64,000 nucleotides of DNA from Candidatus Saganbacteria bacterium (lineage in GTDB: Bacteria; Margulisbacteria; WOR-1; XYC2-FULL-46-14; WPAF01). The stretch is taken from NCBI GenBank assembly GCA_016223205.1, contig JACRPM010000013.1, forward strand, positions 5,002 to 69,001. The letters run 5' to 3'. The position numbers were made by a program, and so were the translations under genes. The notes under the pieces are model-generated. The model was given only the letters and a program-made list of their open reading frames with translations. It did no database searches and had not been told where the DNA came from. Shown piece by piece: positions 30,163 to 40,023 of the stretch (positions are counted from its first letter, which is position 1; each line of letters starts with the position of its first letter).

Positions 30163-31086
30163 ATGATCAGAGCAACTGAAGCAAAAAGAATCACATCCTG
30201 GCGGGAAGCCTACCGGAGAAATTATGTATTAAATTCCGGAGATAAAGTTGATGAGTTCGATTGGTATGACACCCGCGGGAGAGAAATTAGAGCCAGTCGG
30301 ATATTCACCACACCGGAAGGCGGAAGATTGACCGCAGAACAAAAAGCAGAAATCCGATCCTTCGTTGATTTTGTTCGACGGCAGCAAGTGGCCCGCCATT
30401 CGGACGATGTGGAAAGAGAATGGAGGGGAATTACCGCGCTAAAAAGAGGAAGAGCTTTCCTTTATGCGCCCCGCCACTCTCATCTGCTCTTTAAGTTTAG
30501 AAGGGAATATGATTTTCTTTTTGCCGGGCGCAGGGTTCTGGATATCGGCTGTGCGGTAGAGGACGGCAGATCCGCCTTTTATAGTTATTATCGGGGGTTT
30601 GGCGCGTCGGCCGTCGGCATTGACCTATCCGTTGAAGACAATCCTAATGAAGGAATATTCAAAGGGGATGCCCGCATGCTGGCTTTTCCTGATAGAAGTT
30701 TTGATTTCGTGACCCTGCCCATGATCTATGGGTTAAACAATCCCGCTGAAACGGTGCTGGAGATAGCGGCCGGATTAAGCGAACTCCACCGGGTGCTGGA
30801 TAATGGATTGGTCCACATTGCCGACCCAATTTTGCTTCCCGGCCTGGTTTATATCGCAAATATGCTGGGATTTAGATGCTTTTATAATTATCGGTGGCAT
30901 GACAGCGCAGACGATTGGAACGGTATTCCGGTTGGAAGTTTGCTGATGAAAAAAGACGCGCCTCTTCCTGAAAACCCTTTCCAGGCGGTGGTTAGCGATT
31001 GCCTGCGAGAACGCGAGATATCTTTTTCCGCCGAGGGGACGGATGAGCTCCCTTTTAGAGAACTAATCACCACCGAGCCCGATTAA
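30163..31086 (+). CDS. class I SAM-dependent methyltransferase
   Basis: VLDIGC motif I, GIDLS and DFV motifs. Confidence 0.6.
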   Translation: MIRATEAKRITSWREAYRRNYVLNSGDKVDEFDWYDTRGREIRASRIFTTPEGGRLTAEQKAEIRSFVDFVRRQQVARHSDDVEREWRGITALKRGRAFLYAPRHSHLLFKFRREYDFLFAGRRVLDIGCAVEDGRSAFYSYYRGFGASAVGIDLSVEDNPNEGIFKGDARMLAFPDRSFDFVTLPMIYGLNNPAETVLEIAAGLSELHRVLDNGLVHIADPILLPGLVYIANMLGFRCFYNYRWHDSADDWNGIPVGSLLMKKDAPLPENPFQAVVSDCLREREISFSAEGTDELPFRELITTEPD

Positions 31087-31098
31087 ATACCCGAATTA

Positions 31099-31128
31099 TT
31101 GAAATTTTCCAGCGCTTGACACGATAAA
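31099..31128 (+). promoter_or_regulatory. promoter-like TTGAAA-N18-GATAAA
   Basis: Upstream of pfk. Confidence 0.3.
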
Positions 31129-31136
31129 AAGGTAAC

Positions 31137-32414
31137 ATGGCATTACAGATCAGAAGACCCCAGGAAGCGACCCCTTTTACAGAGAGGATGCGCCGGCTCA
31201 ACCTGCGCGTGGCAATTTTGCATTCCGGCGGGCCGGCCCCGGGCGGCAACCGCGTGATCTCGGCCGCGGCCAAGCAGTTTTTGGACCGCGGGATAGAAGT
31301 GGTGGGGGTCATCAATGGGTATGAATATCTTCAGCAGGGCAAAGCCCTCCCCCTTAGAGAAGGTACGCATTTTATCGACATTACCCCTGAAGTAGCCTCC
31401 CGGGCCATCGATCAAAATTCTCTGATCATCAATACCTCCCGCGCCAATCCGGGAAAGCCGATAGAAAAACCGCAACACCTTGACGATCTCGAAAAGACCT
31501 TCGGCCTAAGAAAAGTGCTGGACGTTTTTGAAATGCTTAGGGTAGGGGCTTTGATCTCGATCGGCGGCGATGACACCTTAAAGACCGCCAATTTTCTTTA
31601 TCGCATTGCCCGAAAAGTGGCTGAAACCATGCCGGACCTATTCTTTACCGGCGACATGGTACATGTTCCCAAGACCATCGATAATGATTATACCGGGATC
31701 GCTTTTACCTACGGCTACATGACCGCGGCGGAAAGCGCCGGCCGCATTATCCGGGGGTTATATGATGACGCTCGGGCCACCAATTGTTACCATGTGGTCG
31801 AATGCATGGGGAGAAAGGCGGGCTGGTTCACTGCCGGAGCCAGCATTTTCGGCCGAGCCACCAAAGCCCTCATCCCGGAAGATTTTGAAGGAGTGAAAGT
31901 CGTCGATCTCGAAAAGATCGCCGATGATCTGGTCGAACTAGTGATTAAAAGAGAGCAAAGGAACAAAAATTATGGTGTGATCACGGTGGCGGAGGGATTG
32001 GCGGACAAACTGCCTGAACATTTGAAAAAAGGCATGCGGACCGACCGCCACGGCCAGCCCAAGCTGGCCGACGCCAAGATCGGAGAACGGCTGGCGGAGA
32101 TCCTGGAGGAAAAATATCTATCGCGCACCGGCCGGAAAAAGAGCTTCAAACCCCAGATGGTGGGATATGAGACCCGGCAGAACTCGGCCAATCTATATGA
32201 CGCACTCCTGACCTCTCAATTGGGGGTGGGAGCTTTCCGCTTGCTGGAGAGCGGACGATCGGGAGAGATGGTGACGGTGGTTGAAGACCTGGTGCCGGAA
32301 GGCATACCCTTCGCCAATCTAATAGATCCAGCCACCTTAAGAGTGGTCAACCGCAATATCGATGTCAATGGCCCTTTTTACGCCTTGCTTCGGTCGCTTG
32401 AAGAGAGCTTTTAA
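31137..32414 (+). CDS. pfk: phosphofructokinase, probably PPi-dependent (GGDD motif)
   Basis: PFK family GGPAPGGN, IGGDDT (Asp at the ATP/PPi-discriminating position) and MGRKAGW. Confidence 0.75.
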   Translation: MALQIRRPQEATPFTERMRRLNLRVAILHSGGPAPGGNRVISAAAKQFLDRGIEVVGVINGYEYLQQGKALPLREGTHFIDITPEVASRAIDQNSLIINTSRANPGKPIEKPQHLDDLEKTFGLRKVLDVFEMLRVGALISIGGDDTLKTANFLYRIARKVAETMPDLFFTGDMVHVPKTIDNDYTGIAFTYGYMTAAESAGRIIRGLYDDARATNCYHVVECMGRKAGWFTAGASIFGRATKALIPEDFEGVKVVDLEKIADDLVELVIKREQRNKNYGVITVAEGLADKLPEHLKKGMRTDRHGQPKLADAKIGERLAEILEEKYLSRTGRKKSFKPQMVGYETRQNSANLYDALLTSQLGVGAFRLLESGRSGEMVTVVEDLVPEGIPFANLIDPATLRVVNRNIDVNGPFYALLRSLEESF

Positions 32415-33706
32415 TTAAGACCGTGCAAACTTCGCTTTAACGCCGCCAGGGCCGCTTCGTGCAGGCCTTCCGGGAACGAGGGATGGGATTGCCAGGTTCC
32501 GGCCAGCTCTTCTACGGACAATCCATTTTTTAGGGCAACAGTTGCCGCGCCGATGAGGGTAGTGGCTTCCGGTCCCAGGATATGTATACCTAAAAGCTTG
32601 CCGGACTCATCAGAGATAACCTTTACAAATCCTTCCAGCTCTCCCAAAGCGGCCGCGATACCTAAAGCGGCAAAGGGGAATTTACCAATTTTGATATTCT
32701 TGTGTTTTTCCCGTGCTTCTTTTTCGGTTAAGCCGATACTGCCCACCTCGGGGTCGGTGTAAATGCCGTAGGGGATATTTTCATCGCTGAAAGTGCGGTT
32801 CCCTCCCATAGCGTTCTCCGCCGCGATCACTCCCTGCTCATAAGCCACGTGGGCGAACATCTTCTTGCTTACCAGATCGCCCACCGCGTAGACCCCGGGC
32901 ATCTGGGTCTCAAGCTTTTCATTTACCGTGAGCCCGGGGATAGTGGGCGCGCGCCCGATGCAGATGAGGGTCTTGCCGCAGGAGTCATTTGGATCAAAGC
33001 GCACGCCGGTCTTGATCTCGACATTCATCCTTTTTAGCTTGGATTTTACCTTGGCCGCCACTTCTTCGTCGATGCCGGGCAATATCTCCGGCAGGGCCTC
33101 AAAGATCGTGATCTTACACCCCAGGGCGCTGTAGATCTGCGCGAAGTGCAAACCGATCACCCCACCTCCTACGATATCGAGTTGAGGGGGGAGGGGGTGA
33201 TATTCCAAAAGGTCATCACTGCAGAGGAATTTTTCCTTATCAAAGGACAATCCCGGCAGGCAGATGGGGGTGGAGCCGGTGGCCAATATGATCTTCCTAC
33301 TTTCTATTATCAACGTTCTACGTTCTACTGTCTCGATCTCTACTTTCCCTTCCCCTAAAACCTTCCCCATGCCCTGAATGATCTCCACGCCGCGCTTCTT
33401 GAGGAGAAATTCAACGCCTTTGACCAGTTTCTCTATTATCAAATCCTTGCGCTCGACCACTTTCTTAAAATCAATCGAGATATTATTCGTAGAAATGCCG
33501 AACTTGTCGGCTCCTTGCATCTTAAGATATAGGTTGGTGCAGGCGATCAGGGCTTTGGTGGGGATACAGCCGCGGTTGAGACACACTCCGCCCAGCTTGT
33601 CTTTTTCGATCAGTGCCACTTTGGCTCCCAATTGAGCCGCCCTGATAGCGGCGATATAGCCGCCCGGGCCTCCGCCCAAAATCGCGAGATCAAACCTATC
33701 TGACAT
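32411..33706 (-). CDS. lpdA: dihydrolipoyl dehydrogenase
   Basis: FAD motif GGGPGGY, redox-active CLNRGCIPTK and C-terminal dimerisation His-Pro-x-Glu region. Confidence 0.85.
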   Translation of the reverse strand: MSDRFDLAILGGGPGGYIAAIRAAQLGAKVALIEKDKLGGVCLNRGCIPTKALIACTNLYLKMQGADKFGISTNNISIDFKKVVERKDLIIEKLVKGVEFLLKKRGVEIIQGMGKVLGEGKVEIETVERRTLIIESRKIILATGSTPICLPGLSFDKEKFLCSDDLLEYHPLPPQLDIVGGGVIGLHFAQIYSALGCKITIFEALPEILPGIDEEVAAKVKSKLKRMNVEIKTGVRFDPNDSCGKTLICIGRAPTIPGLTVNEKLETQMPGVYAVGDLVSKKMFAHVAYEQGVIAAENAMGGNRTFSDENIPYGIYTDPEVGSIGLTEKEAREKHKNIKIGKFPFAALGIAAALGELEGFVKVISDESGKLLGIHILGPEATTLIGAATVALKNGLSVEELAGTWQSHPSFPEGLHEAALAALKRSLHGLN

Positions 33707-34391
33707 ATTTCTCCTCGTAATAAGAACGCAGGCGGAACTTGACGCCCAGCTCTTCGGCGAGCTTCTTCGCTTTTTTCAGGTCCACCAGCTCCGGCAAGTT
33801 TACCACGCTGGCCTCAACTTCGGGAATATACTTTTTGGCCTCCTTGATGAACTCGATGACCGCCGGATAAGCTCGTTTGCCGAAAAGGGAATGGCAGATC
33901 ATTTCATAGACCGAGGCGCTTTCGGCATTCAAGGACACCGATATTATATCTATCAGCCCTTTAAGCTCGGGCAGGATGTTTCTCTGGTAGAACAAGTTGG
34001 CGTGGCCGTTGGTATCCACACGAATTACGAATGACGAATCCCTCGGCGTTGCTCGGGATGCTGAGCCTGTCGAAGCATTACGAATTACGAATTTGAGTCT
34101 GGAAGCGACTTCTTTGACGGTTTCGAGGCGGATGAGGGGCTCGCCATAGCCGCAAAAGACGACCTGCTTGTATTTAAGAGGGTCGCCGATAGCCTCCATT
34201 ATCTCCTCAACCGAGGGCTCGCGGTCCAGCCAGAGCTTATATTGGCCGTGGAAATCGCGCGCCTTGTAGCGGATGCAAAAACTGCAGGCGTTGGTGCAGC
34301 GGTTGGTGATGTTCAGGTAGAGGGAATCCTCCAATTGGTAAGCGATATCCTGCTTCATCAATAAATTATAACATGAAATTTTGGCGGGCAC
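33696..34391 (-). CDS. radical SAM protein (small, TatD-associated-type), with in-frame repeat insertion
   Basis: CTNACSFC radical SAM cluster motif. In-frame tacgaat-repeat insertion at 34018-34095. Alternative start at 34358. Confidence 0.65.
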   Translation of the reverse strand: MPAKISCYNLLMKQDIAYQLEDSLYLNITNRCTNACSFCIRYKARDFHGQYKLWLDREPSVEEIMEAIGDPLKYKQVVFCGYGEPLIRLETVKEVASRLKFVIRNASTGSASRATPRDSSFVIRVDTNGHANLFYQRNILPELKGLIDIISVSLNAESASVYEMICHSLFGKRAYPAVIEFIKEAKKYIPEVEASVVNLPELVDLKKAKKLAEELGVKFRLRSYYEEKYVR

Positions 34392-34407
34392 TTATCGAAA
34401 AACATAC

Positions 34408-35850
34408 ATGGCAACAAACGGAGTCCAACTTGAGTTAAAAAGAACCACAGTCCAGCGGGCCCGCCGGGCTCGTCCTGCCCCCGCGCCGCATAGCAGTGAG
34501 GCCGGTCTGGCCGAAATGGTACAGAGGATAGGGCGGAGCTCAAAAGATCTTAGAGCGGATCCCGAGCTGGGCAATCTGGTATTCTTCAGGACGCTTTTGG
34601 CCGCGCGAGTGGAGATGTATATCATCGGCGAGGCCAAGAGCCGGGCCAGGAAGGCAGGCGACCAGGCGGCCTATCAAGCCCAAGTCCAAGCCATGCGTGA
34701 TTTTGCCGGTCGGCTGGACGCGGTCATTAAGGAATTCCCTTTTACCCAAGACGGGTTCGGCTCGAGGCTGGTAGAACAGCTGCAGATCGCCCGGGACAGG
34801 GCGCAGGAGCTGAACAATATCAACGTGGACCTGGTACTGCAGACCCTCACCCCTAAAATTGTGGAGAGGATCAATCTTGAGGAGAAAGCGCGAGTCGAGG
34901 CCTTTAAGAGGAAAGCAAGATATTCGGGATTGAGCACCTTGGGCGGCAAAGTTCGGATATTGGACACCCTGCACGGAGATTGCCTGGTCACCATGCGCGG
35001 GTACCGGAAGGGCGCCACGGGGGAAATGAGGCGCGTGATCGTTGAGCGACACGTTTCGATCCATAAAATATTGAGCATGTTCGACCATTTGCTCGAAGGG
35101 GAAGAGGCGGAAAAGCAGGAGAACCGGAAATTTATTACGGACCTGCAGGAGATCGGCCGTGACCTTTTGGCCCACAAAGAACGTCTGCGCCGCATATATC
35201 TGGGCGGAGAAGAGAGGATCCGACCGCGCAATTTTAAGGACTACGGCAAGATCAAAGCCCGCATTGAGATCTGGGGGGCGCTTAAACTTATCGAAATCGA
35301 CACCCCGCAAGCCCGGGGACTGGCTGCTTCGCTTTTAGGGTTGGCCGAAGAAGATTATCAAAGGAGGAATGAGGCCGTGGCCGCCATGCATGAGTATCTA
35401 ACCGCGGTCAAATATCATTCCGAGATGTTGATCGGCCAGGTGATCAAGTCGTTCGTGAAGCGTTGGGCCGGCTATTTTGCCCGACAGCCGAAGCTGTCCC
35501 CCAAAACCCTTGATAAGATACATAAAAATTTGGGTAAATACTTGGGAACTCTCTTCAGCGACGAAGTGCGCGAGAGCTGGTTTATGCAAGCCCGGTCCCG
35601 GATCACCGTGGTATTGCGGGCAATGACGCGGTTCCAAAGAGAGGGCGGGGATGAACGGCAGGTAACCTTGGATGCGGCGCGCCATATTTTGGGGATCGAA
35701 TTCGATTTTGGGGCGCGGCAAGTGGAATTCGAAAATCCCACACAAAAGAAGACCGCCTGGCTGGCCTTTTTAAGGGACCAGGTGAAAACTTACGGGCCGG
35801 GGATCATGCCGCAAGACAAGCCCAGCCCGCAGACGGAGTTGGGATTTTAA
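34408..35850 (+). CDS. hypothetical protein (large, predicted alpha-helical)
   Basis: Long ORF, translationally coupled to the next gene; no recognisable motif. A TTG at 34381 is an alternative start. Confidence 0.5.
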   Translation: MATNGVQLELKRTTVQRARRARPAPAPHSSEAGLAEMVQRIGRSSKDLRADPELGNLVFFRTLLAARVEMYIIGEAKSRARKAGDQAAYQAQVQAMRDFAGRLDAVIKEFPFTQDGFGSRLVEQLQIARDRAQELNNINVDLVLQTLTPKIVERINLEEKARVEAFKRKARYSGLSTLGGKVRILDTLHGDCLVTMRGYRKGATGEMRRVIVERHVSIHKILSMFDHLLEGEEAEKQENRKFITDLQEIGRDLLAHKERLRRIYLGGEERIRPRNFKDYGKIKARIEIWGALKLIEIDTPQARGLAASLLGLAEEDYQRRNEAVAAMHEYLTAVKYHSEMLIGQVIKSFVKRWAGYFARQPKLSPKTLDKIHKNLGKYLGTLFSDEVRESWFMQARSRITVVLRAMTRFQREGGDERQVTLDAARHILGIEFDFGARQVEFENPTQKKTAWLAFLRDQVKTYGPGIMPQDKPSPQTELGF

Positions 35851-35851
35851 T

Positions 35852-36856
35852 ATGGTAGATAGAATGGACGGTGCCGGTAGACCGCCTGTGGCGCCGAGAC
35901 GCAGGGGATTTAATCCATCCTGGAGTTCCATCCGGAAGAAGATCAGTAATGAAGAATTGCAGGCGAAATATGCGACCTGCCTGGCCCGCGCCGATAATCA
36001 CCTTGAGGAGGGCGATCGTTTTCGAGCCGCGGAGAATTTCAGCACTGCAGCCCGCATTTGCATGGAATTGGCCGGCCGCTTTAAGGAGGCCGAATCGGAG
36101 ATCCATTGGCTGGAAAGATCAAAACAGCCGCGGACCCTGGCGATAGAGAACTATCAATTTGTCGGTGAAGACCTCAATGAGGCCCGTGATATAAGTTTCC
36201 TGGGTAAGGCCTATTCCCGACTGGGGATATTGAAGCAAAACAAAAGATCTTTGATGCGATCGGTGGTAGAACGCAGCCTGGCCCTGGAACTGTTCATAAA
36301 AATGAACAGGAAAAACATGATGGCCGAGGAATTAAGTTATTTGGCCGATGATTTCCGCGCCCTGGGCAAACTAAGCCAGGAAGCGGAGGAGAGGCATCAC
36401 TTTTTCCGGATGGCGCACGGTTGTTCGCAAGCGGCCATAAGGCTGTACCCGCAATATCTCCGGGAAGGGGAGTTAGCGAATCGGCTGATGCACGAGGAGC
36501 AGTTCTCGGTGCTGGCCCTGGCCAATGCGACCTTTGCCTTATTTGACCTGGAACATGTGGCCGATATCCGGGCAGCCCGCGATAAGAACCTGGAAATTGC
36601 CGTTAAATTGAAAAAAATGGGTTTATTATCCACCGCCATCAACTCCCTGGGGATAGCGGCCAAGCTCCAAAGAAAGATGGCAAAAGAACTTTTGACCAAT
36701 CCGGAAGAAATTAACCTGGCGATAGAGCTTATGCTTCAATTTAGGATTTGGACCGCAGAAACGGGGGCAGAAGAAGAGCGGTTAGAGTATTCGGATAAAA
36801 AGATCCAAGAATTGGGAGAACTTTTACGATCGCTTACTGTCCCAGTTTCTGCCTAA
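35852..36856 (+). CDS. hypothetical protein (alpha-helical repeat-like)
   Basis: ATG 2 nt after the upstream stop; no recognisable motif. Confidence 0.5.
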   Translation: MVDRMDGAGRPPVAPRRRGFNPSWSSIRKKISNEELQAKYATCLARADNHLEEGDRFRAAENFSTAARICMELAGRFKEAESEIHWLERSKQPRTLAIENYQFVGEDLNEARDISFLGKAYSRLGILKQNKRSLMRSVVERSLALELFIKMNRKNMMAEELSYLADDFRALGKLSQEAEERHHFFRMAHGCSQAAIRLYPQYLREGELANRLMHEEQFSVLALANATFALFDLEHVADIRAARDKNLEIAVKLKKMGLLSTAINSLGIAAKLQRKMAKELLTNPEEINLAIELMLQFRIWTAETGAEEERLEYSDKKIQELGELLRSLTVPVSA

Positions 36857-38303
36857 GCAGTTTCTGGACCGCGTCGGGCTTGGCCCGGCCTTTGGACAGC
36901 TTCATCACTTGACCCACCAAAAACATCACCACCGCATCCTTGCCGGACCTGAATTCGCCAACCTGCTTGGGATTTTTCTCGATAACTTCATCGATGATAT
37001 TTTTGATCTCGCCTTCATCGGAAATTTGGGTCAGCCCTTGTTCGGCCACGATATCTTTGATGGTTTTGCCGGACTTTAGGGCTTCTACCAGGATGGTCTT
37101 GGCGAGCTTTCCGGAGATAGTGCCTTTATCTATCATCTGCAGCATCTCGACCAATTGTGCTGGGGTGAGGTTGATCTGCTCGATTGCCAGGTTGTTGGTC
37201 TTAAGATAGGCGGTTAGGTCGCCCATCAGCCAGTTGGCAATGGTTTTGGGGTGGTCGTAGAGTTTTAGGCATTCTTCAAAGTAGGCGGTCAGGGCGGGGG
37301 TCGCCAGCAATACCTCGGCATCGGCCTCGGGCAATTTATATTCATTGAGAAAGCGGTCGCGCTTGGCCTCGGGCAGTTCCCCCGAAGTGTTCTTGATCTT
37401 AGCCAGCCAGTCGGCGGAGGGTTCAATGGGTACCAGATCCGGCTCGGGGAAATAGCGGTAGTCGTGGGCGTATTCCTTACTGCGCATGCCGATCGTCTGC
37501 TCGGTGATATCGTCAAAAAAGCGGGTTTCCTGGTTGATCTTCCCGCCTTCGGACAAAACCTCCTCGTGCCGCTTTTCTTCGGCTTTGAGCGCCTTGAACA
37601 CCGCTTTAAAGGAATTCATGTTCTTGACCTCGGTCTTGGTGCCGAACTTTTGCTCCCCGGCCGGCCGAAGCGAGATATTGGCGTCACAGCGCAAGCTGCC
37701 TTCTTCCATCTTGGCGTCGCACACGCCGATAAATTGCAAAAGATGTTGTAAGGTCTCCATGAAGGCCTTAGCCTCGGCTGGTGAGCGCAGGTCGGGCTCG
37801 GAGACGATCTCCATCAAGGGCACTCCGGTGCGGTTATAATCCACCAACGATTCCGTAGCTCCCATTATCCGAGCGGCGCCTTTATGCACCAGTTTTCCGG
37901 CGTCTTCTTCAAGATGCACCCGGGTTATGCCGATCCGCTTCTTTTTCCCTTCCACCACGATATCCAAATGTCCCAGGGTAGCCAGGGGCAGTTCGTACTG
38001 GGAGATTTGGAAATCCTTGGGCAGGTCGGGGTAAAAATAATTCTTGCGGGCAAAGACACTGCTTTTTTCTATCTTGCAGTTGAGCGCCAGGGCGGTTTTG
38101 ATCGCCAGCTCGATGGCTTTCTGGTTCATCACCGGCAAAACCCCCGGCTGGCCGGTGCAGACCGGGCAGATATTGGTATTTGGTTTAGCTCCGAATTTGG
38201 TTGAGCAGGCGCAAAACATCTTGCTCTCGGTCAACAATTGAGCATGAATTTCTAATCCGATTATGGTTTCGTATTTCACAGGGTCGGCCTCCGCTTGTGC
38301 CAC
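36834..38303 (-). CDS. gatB: Asp-tRNA(Asn)/Glu-tRNA(Gln) amidotransferase subunit B
   Basis: GatB sequence ([12 protein letters not shown]...) with a YqeY-like tail. Confidence 0.9.
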   Translation of the reverse strand: MAQAEADPVKYETIIGLEIHAQLLTESKMFCACSTKFGAKPNTNICPVCTGQPGVLPVMNQKAIELAIKTALALNCKIEKSSVFARKNYFYPDLPKDFQISQYELPLATLGHLDIVVEGKKKRIGITRVHLEEDAGKLVHKGAARIMGATESLVDYNRTGVPLMEIVSEPDLRSPAEAKAFMETLQHLLQFIGVCDAKMEEGSLRCDANISLRPAGEQKFGTKTEVKNMNSFKAVFKALKAEEKRHEEVLSEGGKINQETRFFDDITEQTIGMRSKEYAHDYRYFPEPDLVPIEPSADWLAKIKNTSGELPEAKRDRFLNEYKLPEADAEVLLATPALTAYFEECLKLYDHPKTIANWLMGDLTAYLKTNNLAIEQINLTPAQLVEMLQMIDKGTISGKLAKTILVEALKSGKTIKDIVAEQGLTQISDEGEIKNIIDEVIEKNPKQVGEFRSGKDAVVMFLVGQVMKLSKGRAKPDAVQKLLRQKLGQ

Positions 38304-39718
38304 TCGGTGTTCTGCTCATAGGTGTAAGCGACCTGCAAAAGCTTCTCCTCGGCGAAAGCCTCGCCGATGATCTGCAGACCGATCGGCAGGCCTCCTGAAA
38401 ACCCACATGGCAAGGAGATGGCCGGCAGGCCCGCCAGGTTCACCGGGATGGTGGCGATGTCGGATAAGTACATGGATAATGGGTCGGCCGCTTTTTCGCC
38501 GATCTTAAAGGCAGGAGAAGGGGCGGTGGGGGAGATCAGGACATCAAAATGCTTAAAGGCCTTCTCAAAATCCTGCTTGATAAGGGTCCTGACCTTTAAG
38601 GCCTTTAGATAATAGGCATCGTAGTAGCCGGCGGAAAGGGCGTAAGTGCCCAGCATGATCCGCCGTTTAACCTCGGCGCCGAACCCTTCCCGGCGGGTGT
38701 TGTAGTACATGGTCAAAAGATCGGGAGCGTCCGAACTTCGGTGGCCGAATTTTACCCCGTCAAAGCGGGCCAGGTTGGAGGAGGCCTCCGCCGGGGCGAT
38801 CAGGTAATAAGTAGGCACGGCGTATTCAAATGTAGGGAGAGAGACCTCCTCTACGATTGCGCCCAAACTTTCCAGTTTGCGGGCGGCATCCTTGATGGCG
38901 GCTTTGACGGCTTCATCGGTACCTTTGCCCATCAGGTCGGAGATCAGGCCGATACGGAATTTCTTCACGTCATTGACCAGGGCCATGCGGTAATCGGGAA
39001 CGGGAATATCTACCGAGGTAGAATCCTTGGGATCGTAGCCGGCCAAAACATTCATCAGCCAGGCGCTGTCCGTAACATCTTTGGCCAAAGGGCCGATCTG
39101 ATCGAGTGATGAGGCAAAAGCCACCAAACCATAGCGGGAAACTCTCCCGTAAGTGGGCTTTAATCCCACCACTCCACAGAAGGAGGCCGGCTGTCTGATC
39201 GAGCCGCCGGTATCCGAGCCCAGAGCTAAAATGCATTCGCCCGACGCTACCGCCGCCGCTGAACCGCCCGACGATCCTCCCGGCACGGTATTCAGGTCCC
39301 AGGGATTGTGCGTGGTATGGAATCCGGAATTCTCGGTAGAGGAGCCCATGGCGAATTCATCGAGATTGGTCTTGCCAATAGGCGCCGCTCCGGCCGCGGC
39401 GAGTTTTTCCACGATGGTGGCGTCATAGGGCGGCAGATAATTAGCCAGGATCTTTGAAGAGCAGGTGGTCAGTATGCCCTTGGTGCACATGTTGTCCTTA
39501 ATAGCAATCGGAATACCCGCCAATCCCGTGAAGTTACCGTTATTATCTGCGGCTTTGGCCCGTTTCAAGGCCTCGTCTTTGGTCAAGGTCACATAGGCCT
39601 TGAGCTTATTCTCGGTCTTTTCGATCTGCGCGAAAACTGCTTCGGTAAGCTCGACCGAGCTTATTTTTTTACTTGCCAGTAAACTGTGGGCTTCGTGGGC
39701 GGTGAGATTATTCAACAA
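38276..39718 (-). CDS. gatA: Glu-tRNA(Gln) amidotransferase subunit A
   Basis: Amidase signature [12 protein letters not shown]. Confidence 0.9.
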   Translation of the reverse strand: MLNNLTAHEAHSLLASKKISSVELTEAVFAQIEKTENKLKAYVTLTKDEALKRAKAADNNGNFTGLAGIPIAIKDNMCTKGILTTCSSKILANYLPPYDATIVEKLAAAGAAPIGKTNLDEFAMGSSTENSGFHTTHNPWDLNTVPGGSSGGSAAAVASGECILALGSDTGGSIRQPASFCGVVGLKPTYGRVSRYGLVAFASSLDQIGPLAKDVTDSAWLMNVLAGYDPKDSTSVDIPVPDYRMALVNDVKKFRIGLISDLMGKGTDEAVKAAIKDAARKLESLGAIVEEVSLPTFEYAVPTYYLIAPAEASSNLARFDGVKFGHRSSDAPDLLTMYYNTRREGFGAEVKRRIMLGTYALSAGYYDAYYLKALKVRTLIKQDFEKAFKHFDVLISPTAPSPAFKIGEKAADPLSMYLSDIATIPVNLAGLPAISLPCGFSGGLPIGLQIIGEAFAEEKLLQVAYTYEQNTEWHKRRPTL

Positions 39719-39986
39719 TGCGCGGCACCTTGAACATATGCTCCTCGGCCTGGGGAGCGTTCAGCAAAATGTCGTCCACATTGGCGCAGGGGATGACTTT
39801 ATCTTCGCGTAAAACGTTTTTCATCGGTATGGCGTGCGAGGTGGGCTCGACCTTATCGGTATTTAATTTTTTCAAGGTGTCGGCGTGGTCTAAAATACGC
39901 GAGAGCTGTTCGCCGAAGAGCTTTTTTTCTTCCGGTGAGAGTCCCAGGCGAGCCAGCTTGGCGACCGCTTCGACATCGATCTTCAT
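39708..39986 (-). CDS. gatC: Glu-tRNA(Gln) amidotransferase subunit C
   Basis: Small GatC-like protein completing gatCAB. Confidence 0.8.
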   Translation of the reverse strand: MKIDVEAVAKLARLGLSPEEKKLFGEQLSRILDHADTLKKLNTDKVEPTSHAIPMKNVLREDKVIPCANVDDILLNAPQAEEHMFKVPRIVE

Positions 39987-40023
39987 AATAATGGATTATA
40001 CCAAATATGCTATAATTTCGCAC

